Shown piece after piece: positions 48,358 through 48,617 of a stretch of 48,617 nucleotides of DNA. Under the pieces are notes generated by a model. The model was given only the letters and a program-made list of their open reading frames with translations, had not been told where the DNA came from and did not search any database. The stretch spans positions 39,594 through 88,210 of the forward strand of contig JBFMAY010000013.1 in NCBI GenBank assembly GCA_040755455.1, given 5' to 3'. A program made the position numbers and the translations under genes. Numbering within the stretch: position 1 is the stretch's first letter; each line of letters opens with the position of its first letter. Source of the DNA: Thermodesulfobacteriota bacterium (GTDB lineage: Bacteria > Desulfobacterota > Desulfobulbia > Desulfobulbales > SURF-16).

Positions 48358-48617
48358 GGTTTGCTTCTCCTTCGTCTATAAATAGTTAACGCAAAGTTGC
48401 AAAGAGGCAAGGTGGTTAATTGTCGCGCCTCACTTTCTTTGCTGCTTTGCGTTAAGATAGGGTCAATTGACCTGCAAAAATGAGTCACTAGAGCCTTTTG
48501 CAAAATGAACGTCGTAGCGAGATCGAGAGAAAAATTTTCTGTGCAAGGATGAGTTTGTGCCCCCGGAAGCATAGCAGTGCTACGTTGAGGACATTTTTGG
48601 CCGATCGGAGTAGCTGG

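Overview
GC-rich chromosomal segment, probably from a sulfate/sulfur-cycling deltaproteobacterium (Desulfobacterota, Desulfobulbales-like; inferred from gene content). Most of it is housekeeping and signalling: pdxJ, ybeY, phoH, a DsbA-like protein, a GlcF-like Fe-S protein, prfB (programmed +1 frameshift), lnt, corC-like, an atypical four-gene biotin-dependent carboxylase cluster, fbp, two chemoreceptors, three hybrid histidine kinases, glnS, gltX, era, an RNase II-family gene, dedA, pyrE, a DUF4438-like gene and ychF. The most notable non-routine items are: (1) an integrase-less integron remnant at about 43.4-44.9 kb, with a core site/attI candidate, an AT-rich cassette for an Rx4H (HEPN-like) protein frameshifted in an A6 run, a textbook attC, a toxin-antitoxin cassette with its own promoter and a second, truncated attC; (2) at the left edge, a protein built from near-identical 35-aa spacer+core modules that differ only synonymously at DNA level, resembling a multi-core peptide precursor; (3) a chemoreceptor with two intact zinc-binding CZB domains lying between its two transmembrane helices; (4) a non-canonical biotin carrier/ligase pair; (5) REP elements, a RAYT transposase remnant and several 7-9 bp tandem repeats. 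I found no rRNA, tRNA or CRISPR array. All family calls come from motif recognition by eye; no database search was run.
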